This document shows, piece by piece, positions 14,799 through 23,250 of a stretch of 23,250 bases of DNA. Location of the stretch: positions 1-23,250 of the forward strand of contig JBBAPZ010000024.1 in the NCBI GenBank assembly GCA_040400605.1. Direction: 5' to 3'. The translations under genes were made by a program, and so were the position numbers. Under the pieces are notes generated by a model. It made no database searches and was not told the DNA's origin. It was given only the letters and a program-made list of their open reading frames with translations. How positions within the stretch are numbered: the first letter of the stretch is position 1; the number at the start of each line of letters is the position of its first letter. This DNA is from Candidatus Sericytochromatia bacterium. GTDB taxonomy: Bacteria; Cyanobacteriota; Sericytochromatia; S15B-MN24; JAQBPE01.

Positions 14799-17755
14799 GC
14801 TCCACCTTGCAAAACAGCTAATGCCACGGGACTCTGCGCACGGAATGTGGAGCCAGTCAACGTAGCTGCGAACCTAGGATGATTCAAATTGATCATTATG
14901 CAATGAGTCTGGCCCGGACTGCGACCAGAGCATCCCTTGAACATGGTCACACGCTCCCTCTTGGCGATCAGCGCCCCGTTGGTATCCAGCTCCCGCTCAA
15001 TACGGTCTACGCCATCTCTGGTTTTGGTCAGCCACTGCCGCAGCTTGACCGTGTTGATCGCTAGCACGCTGCCCGGCAGCACTGGGTTGTTGTCGTCATA
15101 GACAATCTTGACCCTGATCACCGCTTTGTCTGGTGCCGGTTGCCGCACTTGCTCCTTGTTCGATCCGTACTTCTCGGTGCATTCAACGATCTGGTCGTTG
15201 TGCTCAAGGACAAACTGCCCGATGGTGTCGAACACGTCAACCTTATTGTCGATGGTGTGCTTGCGGAATGACACTACGCAGTCAATCAGATACTGGGTTG
15301 TTGCGTCCACGTCGAACGGGAACAGCCCGAGCTTCTTACCGATGGTGCCCATGATCCAGCCTGCGACGATGGCAGTTTTGTAGAACCGCTCCTGCGGCTC
15401 AAACATGAAGTTGAACTTGCGCATGAACGCCTGCTCACCTTTTTGCCAGATAAGCTCCGGCCCGCCTGAATCGACGACTGTAGTCACCAGTTCTGGGAAA
15501 GCCCAGCCGTTGTTTTTCTCGACGATGTCATAGAACTCATAGCCCTGGCTGGAGCCGTCCTCTCGCGTCTGCACGAACGTGCGATCATGCTGATGCAACT
15601 CCAAGCAGCGGGCTGACAGCGGGTCATTGTTTGCCTGTACGTTCAGGAACTTCTGGTGCAATGACACGTTGCTCGATGCAATCGTAGGGCCGCACCACTC
15701 TTTCGGTTTGCGCAGGCTGCGGTCTTTGGTGAGTGCAATCTTCTCGCGGCCTTGGCTCAGGTCATACACGAGGTTAGATAGCGCGTCGTCATCCATGGTG
15801 GTCAACTCATCGACCGTACACGGTAGGCTGTTGAGCATCCCACGAAGACTGTAGATGGCATTGACCGTGTCGTTCTTATTCAGGAACAGATCTCTCGGAC
15901 TGCCGACCAAGCTGTTAGCTGCGATGAGCGACAGGGTTTTGCCTGTGGTGGTCTCTGGTGAGTAGATCGACACGACAGCACAGGCGTTGCCAGCTACCTT
16001 GCCCAATATGCCCGATGTCGCCAGCAAGATCGCAGCACGCATGTTGTTCGTGCCCGGTGCATTGAGCATGTTCATAGCCCGCACCCACTCATCGCGAGAC
16101 CCATGTGGCTTGACCACATCAGCGTAGCGGTCTGCTGGGTCTTTGAGCCTGCGCTCTGTAGCCCCTGTCGGCGAGCCAATGATGTTCTCACCACACAGGA
16201 ACGACCCATCCTTTTGCCAGCCGAACGACACGTAGTCCTGCCCACTCGGTGTCATGCTCTGCACCATCGTCAAGTAATCCATTAAGTATGCCCTCAACCT
16301 TTCCTGCTGCCCCAAAGCCTTCACGTAGATCTGCCGGTTAAGCAGGAACGTAGAGAAGTCTTTGCCTATGGTTGCCACTGAAGCCATGTCATGGTCTTCT
16401 TCCTTCCACCCAACCATTGGGAACTTCACTGCTAGACGAAACGCAGACTTGCGTGTTTCCGAATCATTGAACACACCAGTGACGTGCATCTCATACGTAC
16501 TGACCAGCTCATGCTCTATGGTCTCTGCAGCAATCTCGTTGCCGTTTGAATCAGTGGTAGTCGTCTCTGAGACGACCTCTCTATAAACCTTGTTGTCCAT
16601 GATCACGTAAGTCTTGGGCAGCGTGACCGGAAGTTGCTCTCCATCTTCTGTCGTAATCTCTGTCTCTGTCACTACGGACAACTGTGCTGGACTGGTGATC
16701 TGTCCTTTGTGCGGGCATCCCTCGCACCCCGCTCCACATAGCTGCTCGAACTTGGCGCAGGTTGTTGGCCCTGTACCGTTCCACCTAGTCAGCTTATCCA
16801 TGTTGGCATCCAGATCAAAGTCCGGGTGCTTACCAGCCAACTTGATCACAGCCACCTGTGGGTCTGTCGCATGCTTTGCCAAGCCCAACGATGCACGCCA
16901 CAACGGCTCCTGCACCGGGCGACCAGCAGCATCAGTGACGCCACCAGAAGCGACCAACGCACCGACCTGCTTGCAGCGTGCAGCCACCGCGTCGATCAGC
17001 ACATCGTTGGAGTTGAGCACCGCGTCAGCGATGGACGACTTGCCCTTACCTGCTTTGCGCGATGGCGCTGTGGCCTTCGGTACTTTGCTCAGCCATGGCT
17101 TGAGCACTCCGAACAATGCAACTGGCTCATAGTCTGGGCAATCGCGCTTGCACTCTACAGGCTTCCACGGCGTTTGTTTCTTGTGGTTGGTGCCCACAGG
17201 GCGCAGCACCATCGACGGGTCATGAATCTTGCTGGTGTCTATGACAACGCTCTGCTCTTCGAGCGCAACACGCAGTGCAGTTGATGCCTTGACCCAGTGG
17301 TCCTTGTTCACCGCTTGAGTGAGCGGCCAGTACAGGTGAATGCCACGACCCGAAGAGATGACCATGGGCTGCGGCATGCCAATAACTTTGAGCGCAGCAG
17401 ACATGGCATCCCAGCCTTCTTTCTGCGTCTTGTACGGCTTGTCTTCACCGATGTCGAGGTCAAGGGCCAGTGCCTTGAACCATGTTGCTTGTTCCTGTTT
17501 GCGCTGCCATTTGCGCTTGCCGTTGTCGTCGGTGTATGCGTGACCGCTGAACGCACCAACGCCAAAATAAACTGTTGTCGTGGGCTCTTGATCCCACTTC
17601 GCTATCGCTGCTACCGCGTCGTCTAAATCTGCAAAGGAGCCACGGTTCCAGAAGATACCGCGTGGGTTTTGGCCCGATGGATCGGGCTTGTGTGTGCAGA
17701 TAACGATCTCGTCTTGCTGGGCGAATACGCGAGTCAAAAAGTGTTTCGTGTCCAA
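14795..17755 (-). CDS. DNA primase(-polymerase)/helicase fusion: AEP/RepB-like primase, Cys cluster, DUF927 and P-loop helicase
   Basis: Primase motifs 'LALDLD', 'SSGRGIHLYW', 'DPSMVLRPVGT'; 'CAKFEQLCGAGCEGC...ITSP'; DUF927-like 'SFGWQKDGSFLCGE'; Walker A 'TTTGKT' and Walker B 'TVDE'. TTG start. Confidence 0.85.
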   Translation of the reverse strand: MDTKHFLTRVFAQQDEIVICTHKPDPSGQNPRGIFWNRGSFADLDDAVAAIAKWDQEPTTTVYFGVGAFSGHAYTDDNGKRKWQRKQEQATWFKALALDLDIGEDKPYKTQKEGWDAMSAALKVIGMPQPMVISSGRGIHLYWPLTQAVNKDHWVKASTALRVALEEQSVVIDTSKIHDPSMVLRPVGTNHKKQTPWKPVECKRDCPDYEPVALFGVLKPWLSKVPKATAPSRKAGKGKSSIADAVLNSNDVLIDAVAARCKQVGALVASGGVTDAAGRPVQEPLWRASLGLAKHATDPQVAVIKLAGKHPDFDLDANMDKLTRWNGTGPTTCAKFEQLCGAGCEGCPHKGQITSPAQLSVVTETEITTEDGEQLPVTLPKTYVIMDNKVYREVVSETTTTDSNGNEIAAETIEHELVSTYEMHVTGVFNDSETRKSAFRLAVKFPMVGWKEEDHDMASVATIGKDFSTFLLNRQIYVKALGQQERLRAYLMDYLTMVQSMTPSGQDYVSFGWQKDGSFLCGENIIGSPTGATERRLKDPADRYADVVKPHGSRDEWVRAMNMLNAPGTNNMRAAILLATSGILGKVAGNACAVVSIYSPETTTGKTLSLIAANSLVGSPRDLFLNKNDTVNAIYSLRGMLNSLPCTVDELTTMDDDALSNLVYDLSQGREKIALTKDRSLRKPKEWCGPTIASSNVSLHQKFLNVQANNDPLSARCLELHQHDRTFVQTREDGSSQGYEFYDIVEKNNGWAFPELVTTVVDSGGPELIWQKGEQAFMRKFNFMFEPQERFYKTAIVAGWIMGTIGKKLGLFPFDVDATTQYLIDCVVSFRKHTIDNKVDVFDTIGQFVLEHNDQIVECTEKYGSNKEQVRQPAPDKAVIRVKIVYDDNNPVLPGSVLAINTVKLRQWLTKTRDGVDRIERELDTNGALIAKRERVTMFKGCSGRSPGQTHCIMINLNHPRFAATLTGSTFRAQSPVALAVLQGGA

Positions 17756-17770
17756 AGCTTGCCCCCAGAT

Positions 17771-17793
17771 GAAAACCCCGGCCTGAGCCGGGG
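17771..17793 (-). terminator. Intrinsic terminator-like hairpin between the SSB-like and primase genes
   Basis: Minus strand reads CCCCGGC-TCAG-GCCGGGG-TTTTC: a 7-bp all-GC stem with a 4-U tail. Confidence 0.7.
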
Positions 17794-17818
17794 GACTGTA
17801 CTCTACGCGACGATTCTA

Positions 17819-18733
17819 TTACTCGTCGAACAAGCTGTCGATCTTCGCCGCAAGCTCATCTGTTGCCTTCACCGCCGAGACGACGGGCTTGGCGGGCTTC
17901 TGTGGAACCTCCTGGGCCTTCATGGCAACTGGTGGTGCTTCTTCCTCCTCGTAGGCGTCATCGACCGCCTGTGGCTTGGGAGCAACGGCGATAGCCTGCT
18001 GGGTTGCCGGTGCCGCCAGTGCTGGGCCTGCGCTCTGGGGAGCGATCTGCCGGGTAGCCACTTTGACGGGCTCGCTTTCCAGCAGGTTGTCCACCCTTGA
18101 GATCGCCTTCTCAGGAACGTAACCCTTTTGTTTGAAGGTGATCTTGGGGTAGCTGGCCTGATCATCGAAGCCAAGCTCGGTGATGACCTCTTCCGGCCCG
18201 ATGCCGTAATTGCCGAGTTCTTTGAAGTACTCGCGCAAAGCTTTCATGCCGCTTACAGGCACGGTCAGGCTATACACCTTGCTCGGGTCGGCAGCGGGCA
18301 CAACGGCCAGATGACGCTGGTCTGCGCACATTTTCGACTTCGCGCCGGAGGGCAGCACTTTGGAGCCCAGCACGTTGTGCGGGCAGTCAGCGCAGGAGCC
18401 ATGCACCGGAGCCTTGACCGAAGCATCGGGCTTCAGTCCGTCGTTCGACCAGCAGTCAGGGCGGACGTTCTCAGCCGAGGCATCGAACAGCTTGCCGTAG
18501 AACACCTTGGAGACCCTAGGGTTTGCGCCCACGATGATCGTGTCGAGGGTGACGCCGACGGTGGTCTCGACGCCGTCTTCGTTCAGGCGGTAGCGACCAG
18601 CACGGATGCTGATACGCGGAATGCTGATGCCGTCACTGACGATGGCCGAGGCCACGGATGACTTGGTGCCTGCCTGCTGGCGGGCTGCGATACGCGCTGC
18701 AATGTGCGCTGGGACGTTGGTGATGTTGCTCAC
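17819..18733 (-). CDS. Putative ssDNA-binding/annealing protein with a Cys (Zn) motif
   Basis: AAGGAG RBS with GTG start. Motif 'PDCWSNDG..PD...CADCP.N..GS...KMC', a flexible A/P/E linker and an acidic-aromatic tail 'IDSLFDE'. Lies in the replication module. Confidence 0.6.
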   Translation of the reverse strand: MSNITNVPAHIAARIAARQQAGTKSSVASAIVSDGISIPRISIRAGRYRLNEDGVETTVGVTLDTIIVGANPRVSKVFYGKLFDASAENVRPDCWSNDGLKPDASVKAPVHGSCADCPHNVLGSKVLPSGAKSKMCADQRHLAVVPAADPSKVYSLTVPVSGMKALREYFKELGNYGIGPEEVITELGFDDQASYPKITFKQKGYVPEKAISRVDNLLESEPVKVATRQIAPQSAGPALAAPATQQAIAVAPKPQAVDDAYEEEEAPPVAMKAQEVPQKPAKPVVSAVKATDELAAKIDSLFDE

Positions 18734-18736
18734 GAG

Positions 18737-19129
18737 TTACTCCTTGTTCTGAGCTTTGCGAAGATTGAAAACACGGTTCGAGGAAAAATTCACCCCCGGA
18801 GGAGGTGCGCCGTTGGCCTCGATGAAACTCTTGACCCCGGTCTTCGATGCACGGGCCTCGACCATGTCCCATGCATCGTGTTCTTTGCAGTAGTTGAAAA
18901 ATTCCTCACGGGATGCCACTGTCGCAGTGTGGTGCGTAGACCAGTAGACAGTGCCGTTGGAAGTCTTGACGGTCTCAAGCCCGTCCTCGATTGCCTTGGC
19001 AGCAATCCAGCTCTCAAGTATGTTGAGCTTCTCCTGCAGCACAGCCTTGGCAGCTTTGTGTGCTCGCTCCATGTCCTCGACTTCTTTGCGGACGTTGAGG
19101 TACCGCTCTGTTGCAATCTCGTAGTTCAT
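18737..19129 (-). CDS. Conserved phage replication-module protein (130 aa, unknown function)
   Basis: AGAGGT RBS. N-terminal coiled coil, then 'GLETVKTSNGTVY' and 'PPPGV'. Confidence 0.65.
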   Translation of the reverse strand: MNYEIATERYLNVRKEVEDMERAHKAAKAVLQEKLNILESWIAAKAIEDGLETVKTSNGTVYWSTHHTATVASREEFFNYCKEHDAWDMVEARASKTGVKSFIEANGAPPPGVNFSSNRVFNLRKAQNKE

Positions 19130-19140
19130 GTTTGACCTCT

Positions 19141-20694
19141 TTAATCATCGTCACTGTTGACGCCCTGCACGAGCGACAAAAATTCCGCAAGTGTGTTTTT
19201 CTTCGCACGGAGCCTGCGGTACAGCTCTGCCTCGAAGCCTGTGGCCCAGATGTGCCATACAGTCGTTTTGCCAGTAGTCGTCAATCGACGAATCCTAGCG
19301 TTAGCTTGTTCATACTGCTCAAGTGAATAAATCGGCGCGAACCATATGATGTCCTTAGCCCGTGTCAAAGTCAATCCGTGAGCCGCTACCTTTGGGTGCG
19401 CAAGCAACACCTTGATGCTGTCCGTGTGCTGGAAGTCATTGAAGATCTGATCACGCGCCTTCTTGCTGACATCTCCATGCACTGAAGCAACATCAAAACC
19501 ATCTGCAGTCAGCTTCTCTTGCAACCAATCTTGCACCCCTCGAAGCGGGACAAACACGATAGCCTTATCGCCTATCTCTGTGAGCAACTCAGTGAGGGTA
19601 TTATACCTCTCCGAGGCGTCTATGGCAATCGTTCCGCTGTCGCTGTACACCACGCCGCAACAGATCTGAAGCATCTTGCTGAGCGCCACTGCTGCGTTGG
19701 GGGCAGTCACTGAGCCCGCTGCGAAGATCGTCACGGCTTTGTCCTTCATGTCCTTGAAGGCTTTCTCTTGCTGCTTGGTCAGATCTGTCTTACGCCCTAC
19801 GAAGTTTGTGTCTGGCAAATCCTTGCACTCATCCAGCGAGAACCTGATTGACGGCTGAAGAACCTTCTTACATATGTCGAGCGCGTTGGTCCTAGGTACC
19901 CACCGGAACGTAGACACCTTCTGCATCACCTGATCTTTGAACGTCGTGAAGCTCTTGGGGCAGTTGGGCGAGTCCACCAACCTTGCGAGTGTCCACGCAT
20001 CAGCAGGCGTCTGCGAGATCGGTGTGCCCGTCAGCAGCCACAGCCACGGCTGGTTTGCTTGAGCCCACTTGGCGAAGATCTTGTACCGCTGCGAGCTTGG
20101 TGACTTGAGCGCAGTCGCCTCGTCGTAGATCACAACATCGAAGTCCTTGAGATACGCCTGCATGTTCGTGAAGCCGTCATGGTTGATGATGACGTACTGC
20201 ACACCGGGGGTGTCGAGCAACTGCAAGCGCTTCTCTTTGCTTCCTATGCAAACAGCGAACGAGCGATGCGGCAGATGATGACGTAGCTCCCTTCCCCACA
20301 CAACCTTGAGCGTTGACAGCGGCGCGATGATCAGCACCTTCTTCGCAATGCCTTCAGTGAGCAAAAAGTCCGCAGCCCACAGCGAGCTGATCGACTTGCC
20401 AGTACCCGGTGCGTTGAGGCACAGCGCACGCTTATGCATGGTCAGGAACGCAGCGGTCTCCTTCTGGTGATCCATCGGCGCAAAGCGTGCGGGCCAGTTG
20501 TAGTACTCCAAGATCGGAGCAGGCACAACGAAGCCAAGGTTACGCAGCACCATGGACTCTTCCACGCCGTACGGCATGGCAACCATCGACTCACCATCCA
20601 TATCGAACGTCTTCGCGTGCGGAATGCACTGAGCAACGGCTGAGTTAGCCGTGCTGTTGATGACGATCTTTCGCTTCTCAGGAATTACTAGCAT
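19141..20694 (-). CDS. SNF2-family superfamily-2 helicase
   Basis: Motif I 'APGTGKS', Ia 'LIIAPLS', II 'YDEA', III 'LLTGTP', V 'HGLTLT', VI 'QANARIRR'. Confidence 0.9.
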   Translation of the reverse strand: MLVIPEKRKIVINSTANSAVAQCIPHAKTFDMDGESMVAMPYGVEESMVLRNLGFVVPAPILEYYNWPARFAPMDHQKETAAFLTMHKRALCLNAPGTGKSISSLWAADFLLTEGIAKKVLIIAPLSTLKVVWGRELRHHLPHRSFAVCIGSKEKRLQLLDTPGVQYVIINHDGFTNMQAYLKDFDVVIYDEATALKSPSSQRYKIFAKWAQANQPWLWLLTGTPISQTPADAWTLARLVDSPNCPKSFTTFKDQVMQKVSTFRWVPRTNALDICKKVLQPSIRFSLDECKDLPDTNFVGRKTDLTKQQEKAFKDMKDKAVTIFAAGSVTAPNAAVALSKMLQICCGVVYSDSGTIAIDASERYNTLTELLTEIGDKAIVFVPLRGVQDWLQEKLTADGFDVASVHGDVSKKARDQIFNDFQHTDSIKVLLAHPKVAAHGLTLTRAKDIIWFAPIYSLEQYEQANARIRRLTTTGKTTVWHIWATGFEAELYRRLRAKKNTLAEFLSLVQGVNSDDD

Positions 20695-20989
20695 TGATTG
20701 CTGCCCACGCTTTGAACGTGAGCGCCCATTGGTCTACGCTGGTTTCTCTTACGATCCACACTTCGCCACCGGCTTTTGTCGCAGCCGCGATTTCTTTTTC
20801 TTGGTGAGCCGTGGTCGTACCTTTGCCAAACTTAGTCTCAACAGCAAACGGGCATCCGTTGACCCAGCCCACGAAGTCTGGGATACCCGCACGCCCGTAG
20901 CCGTTTGCAGCCGGCATAAACCACCAGCAGTTGGGTGTGCTGTTCAGGACTTGCTTGACGATCTTCTTAACGTCACCTTCGTTCTTCAT
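20678..20989 (-). CDS. VRR-NUC / PD-(D/E)xK nuclease (putative resolvase)
   Basis: 'E..V', 'GIPDF', 'FAVETK', 'T.HQ', 'AGG..WIV'. Confidence 0.85.
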   Translation of the reverse strand: MKNEGDVKKIVKQVLNSTPNCWWFMPAANGYGRAGIPDFVGWVNGCPFAVETKFGKGTTTAHQEKEIAAATKAGGEVWIVRETSVDQWALTFKAWAAINASNS

Positions 20990-21186
20990 GAGAGCTTCCT
21001 TTCGCCTGTCTCAAACTTTTCTCGTCCATCAGTGGAGTTGTGCGTTGCGATCCAGAACTCATCGTCTAGGCTTGGCTCGCACCAGCAATCATCAGTAAGT
21101 ACGTGAATGTCCTGCTCGTCTTCGGGCAAGATGTGGGTCACAGTGTACCCACATTCAGTGATCCCAACAATCCTAATCCATGTCAT
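20986..21186 (-). CDS. Small His/Cys phage protein (66 aa)
   Basis: 'H....DCWCEP...HNS.DGRE' is a possible metal-binding motif. ATGA-coupled to the nuclease. Confidence 0.6.
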   Translation of the reverse strand: MTWIRIVGITECGYTVTHILPEDEQDIHVLTDDCWCEPSLDDEFWIATHNSTDGREKFETGERKLS

Positions 21187-21388
21187 CTTTTCCCCTTTTC
21201 ATTCGATCCCATGCGAGCACCAGCATTAGTCTGTTCGGGTAGCCTGATGAAGCCATGGCACGGCTAACGTAACCTTCCACAGTCCTCGGACTGATGCGCA
21301 GCTTCCTTGCGACCAAGTCCGTCTGCCCAAATTCACACAGCGCGTCTAGCACTCTTGCCTGAGTAGGCGTAGCGTTTATTTTTTTCAT
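21173..21388 (-). CDS. LuxR/GerE-type HTH DNA-binding protein
   Basis: 'TPTQARVL......T..VARKL.ISPRTVE.YV..AM...G..NR..LV'. Confidence 0.75.
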   Translation of the reverse strand: MKKINATPTQARVLDALCEFGQTDLVARKLRISPRTVEGYVSRAMASSGYPNRLMLVLAWDRMKRGKDDMD

Positions 21389-21729
21389 TTCTTCGCAGGG
21401 CAGTCTCTACCTTGATTGCACTTCTGGTTGCATGGTGGGCACTTGTGCCAGTCCACGCCCCAGTCGTCGAACAGCGGCATCGGGTCTTGCCCCCTTGCTC
21501 GGATAGCGGCGGCAATTGGGTCAGCGCCAATGTAACCATCTGCCACCTTCGCACACGCCTCACGCTCGGCCAGCACCGCCGCCTCCAGCTCGGAGCGGTA
21601 ACAAAGCGTGTCGTCGTCGTCTTTCATGTTCATCCTTAGTTGATAGCGGGCATCCGGTCTGCTTGCAAGCCAGCGCGATAAGCCACGGTCATCGTCTTGC
21701 AGCAAGCCCGGAGGCCAGCCGGTTTTCAT
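21385..21729 (-). CDS. Hypothetical mosaic protein (EREACA / AIRARG modules, C-terminal Cys4 motif)
   Basis: ATGA overlaps at both ends. Ends CPPCNQKCNQGRDCP. Confidence 0.65.
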   Translation of the reverse strand: MKTGWPPGLLQDDDRGLSRWLASRPDARYQLRMNMKDDDDTLCYRSELEAAVLAEREACAKVADGYIGADPIAAAIRARGQDPMPLFDDWGVDWHKCPPCNQKCNQGRDCPAKK

Positions 21730-22031
21730 CCTTGCCCCCTTGCTCGGATGGCGGTGTCAACTTCCTCACCAGTCAACACATGCCAGCGTCTCTGATGCGC
21801 CTGACGACAAAGACTGCGATAGATGGCATCGTCAGCTTTTGCGATGTCGTCCGCTGTGTCCACGTCGTCCAGCAGCATCCAAAGTTGCAATGACTTCTCA
21901 CGTTCGGCACCGGTGACAAGGTTGGCAAAGGCTTCAATCTCAGCCAACCCCCAACGATGCGGCTCTGTCCAGCCATCGCCAGTGCGGATAAGTCCAGCCT
22001 CCCGCGCCATGCGGATGATTTCATCTTTCAT
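21726..22031 (-). CDS. Hypothetical mosaic protein (IIRMAREAG / AERE / AIRARG modules)
   Basis: ATGA overlaps at both ends. Confidence 0.65.
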   Translation of the reverse strand: MKDEIIRMAREAGLIRTGDGWTEPHRWGLAEIEAFANLVTGAEREKSLQLWMLLDDVDTADDIAKADDAIYRSLCRQAHQRRWHVLTGEEVDTAIRARGQG

Positions 22032-22387
22032 TCGGCCACCTCATACGTTGCTTCAAAGATGTCTGGCTTGCATGGGTAGTGCTCGCCCTTCACGCCAGTG
22101 ATGATCCAGTCGCCCGGACAAACGATGTGTCCACCTTCAAGCGTGTCAATCCAGCCGTGGTGATTCATGGCGTTGTCGCAATGGTTGCAGGTCAGTTTCC
22201 CTTCCGGTGTGCGGTGGTATCGCACAACCTCGCCCTCCCAGTTATGCGCCTTGCGATGCTCGGCGGGTATTCTGATCAACCGACCGTTCTGAAAGCCGTC
22301 TTGGTCGCTAGCGTAGTCCAGCGGGTGATCACCGTTCTTGAACCATTGCGTGGCCTCAATGACCACAGGTTTTTTGCGAAATTTCAT
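22028..22387 (-). CDS. Conserved phage protein of the 'FRKKPVVIEA...TLEG...PGDWII.G..GE.YPCKPDIF..TYE' family
   Basis: Strong family motif. AGGAG RBS with an ATGA overlap at 22387. Confidence 0.8.
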   Translation of the reverse strand: MKFRKKPVVIEATQWFKNGDHPLDYASDQDGFQNGRLIRIPAEHRKAHNWEGEVVRYHRTPEGKLTCNHCDNAMNHHGWIDTLEGGHIVCPGDWIITGVKGEHYPCKPDIFEATYEVAE

Positions 22388-22575
22388 GTGTTCTTCTCCT
22401 TGAGTTTGGTTTCCCAGTAACGGGCAGTCTCGTATTCTTCGGTGGTGCAACCCGCCAAGTCCGCATCCGTCAGCCCAACCCACTCACGCTTGTAGATTTC
22501 GGCCTCTGGTATTGCCTGCTCGACCAACTTGTGCTTGTTCAAGTCCCACCAGATTTTTGTCAGGTGTGTTGTCAT
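22384..22575 (-). CDS. Hypothetical protein (63 aa; REWVGLTD and KLKEKN modules)
   Basis: GGGGAG RBS and ATGA overlap at 22575, preferred over 22680. Confidence 0.65.
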   Translation of the reverse strand: MTTHLTKIWWDLNKHKLVEQAIPEAEIYKREWVGLTDADLAGCTTEEYETARYWETKLKEKNT

Positions 22576-22859
22576 GATTGCTCCCCTGTTGCTTTGGCAA
22601 TGGCAGCACGGGCCTTGTCCCGCAGGGGCAAATACTTGTATGGGTGCAGTGGGTTGTATGTCCAATCCATGCCGCCCCATATGCGGGCACTTTCAAGCCC
22701 GTATGCGACATCACTCAACACACTTAGCAGCGCCTTGTTTTCTTCGTGCAACCGGCGCAGCTCTGCGGCGGCTTGCTCAATGTCATGCTGGTGGGCATCG
22801 CCATTCGCGTAAAGATCAAGACGATCAGCCAGCCGCAAGGCTTCAGGTTGTTGTGTCAT
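22572..22859 (-). CDS. Hypothetical protein (EALRLAD / AAAELRRLH / ARAAIAKATGE modules)
   Basis: GAGGAG RBS and ATGA overlaps. Confidence 0.7.
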   Translation of the reverse strand: MTQQPEALRLADRLDLYANGDAHQHDIEQAAAELRRLHEENKALLSVLSDVAYGLESARIWGGMDWTYNPLHPYKYLPLRDKARAAIAKATGEQS

Positions 22860-23029
22860 GTCTGCTCCTCAAACGCCGATACGGTGTCCTCGACCAACTG
22901 CTCAAAGGTGGCCTGAGTGACCGCAGCCTTTTTCCACTGGCTGGTGTAATCGCTGTCTGCCTGTGCCCAATAGTTTTGGCCGAGTCTGTATGCCCGATTA
23001 AGGGCAGCTCTCAGTTCTTCGCTTGTCAT
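22856..23029 (-). CDS. Hypothetical protein (57 aa)
   Basis: GGGAG RBS and ATGA overlap at 23029. Confidence 0.65.
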   Translation of the reverse strand: MTSEELRAALNRAYRLGQNYWAQADSDYTSQWKKAAVTQATFEQLVEDTVSAFEEQT

Positions 23030-23250
23030 GCTTGCTCCCAATTCTCGTTAATCCACTTTTGAACTTCTGCGCCGCTCCACATCTTGCGGAGCATGGTTGG
23101 AAACTGAGGCGGCTTGCGCTGTGGTGGGGCGGTGTATAGATGGCCTGTGTACTTTTCTGGCAGTTCTGACTTAACTAGAACACCATCAATCACCAACGCC
23201 ATCGGCTCCTGCTCCGGATGCGCCAGCCGGTCGCGCAACTCGTCACGCTG
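23026..23250 (-). CDS. Hypothetical protein, 5' truncated (PEQEP / LYTAPPQRK modules)
   Basis: Frame is open to the window edge, and its stop overlaps the next start. Confidence 0.6.
   Translation of the reverse strand, partial: QRDELRDRLAHPEQEPMALVIDGVLVKSELPEKYTGHLYTAPPQRKPPQFPTMLRKMWSGAEVQKWINENWEQA

Noticed and set aside
14795..20989. Absence of a family A/B DNA polymerase in the replication block
   Set aside because: The window is partial, so the gene may lie outside it.
22570..23038. Junction repeats as a CRISPR array or attC sites
   Set aside because: They are too short, non-palindromic and irregularly spaced, and they overlap coding starts and stops.
1..23250. tRNA, rRNA, lysis genes, integrase or stop-codon reassignment
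   Set aside because: None was recognised, and genes tile the window under the standard code.

Overview
A gene-dense segment of a tailed dsDNA bacteriophage, probably podovirus-like. The host cannot be determined from the sequence. The window holds two convergent arms. The + arm (1-14232) is a late/virion region: the end of a large FN3-like tail protein, tail fibre genes with small accessory genes and a cupin, a GNAT-fold protein, three probable ejection (internal virion) proteins of 326, 637 and 2036 aa, and six translationally coupled small lysine-rich ORFs, three of which are missing from the ORF track. The - arm (23250-14233) is an early/replication region: a chain of small mosaic hypothetical genes, a LuxR-type HTH, VRR-NUC nuclease, SNF2 helicase, SSB-like protein, primase-DUF927 helicase, MazG-like pyrophosphatase and HNH. 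The best leads are (i) a GNAT gene next to an ejection protein that starts MGxxxS and ends in a self-cleaving S74 domain, (ii) the basic microprotein cluster, which includes an apparently split gene, (iii) early genes with stereotyped junction sequences and shared modules, and (iv) a zincin-bearing giant ejection protein. All family assignments come from motif recognition by eye; no searches were run.
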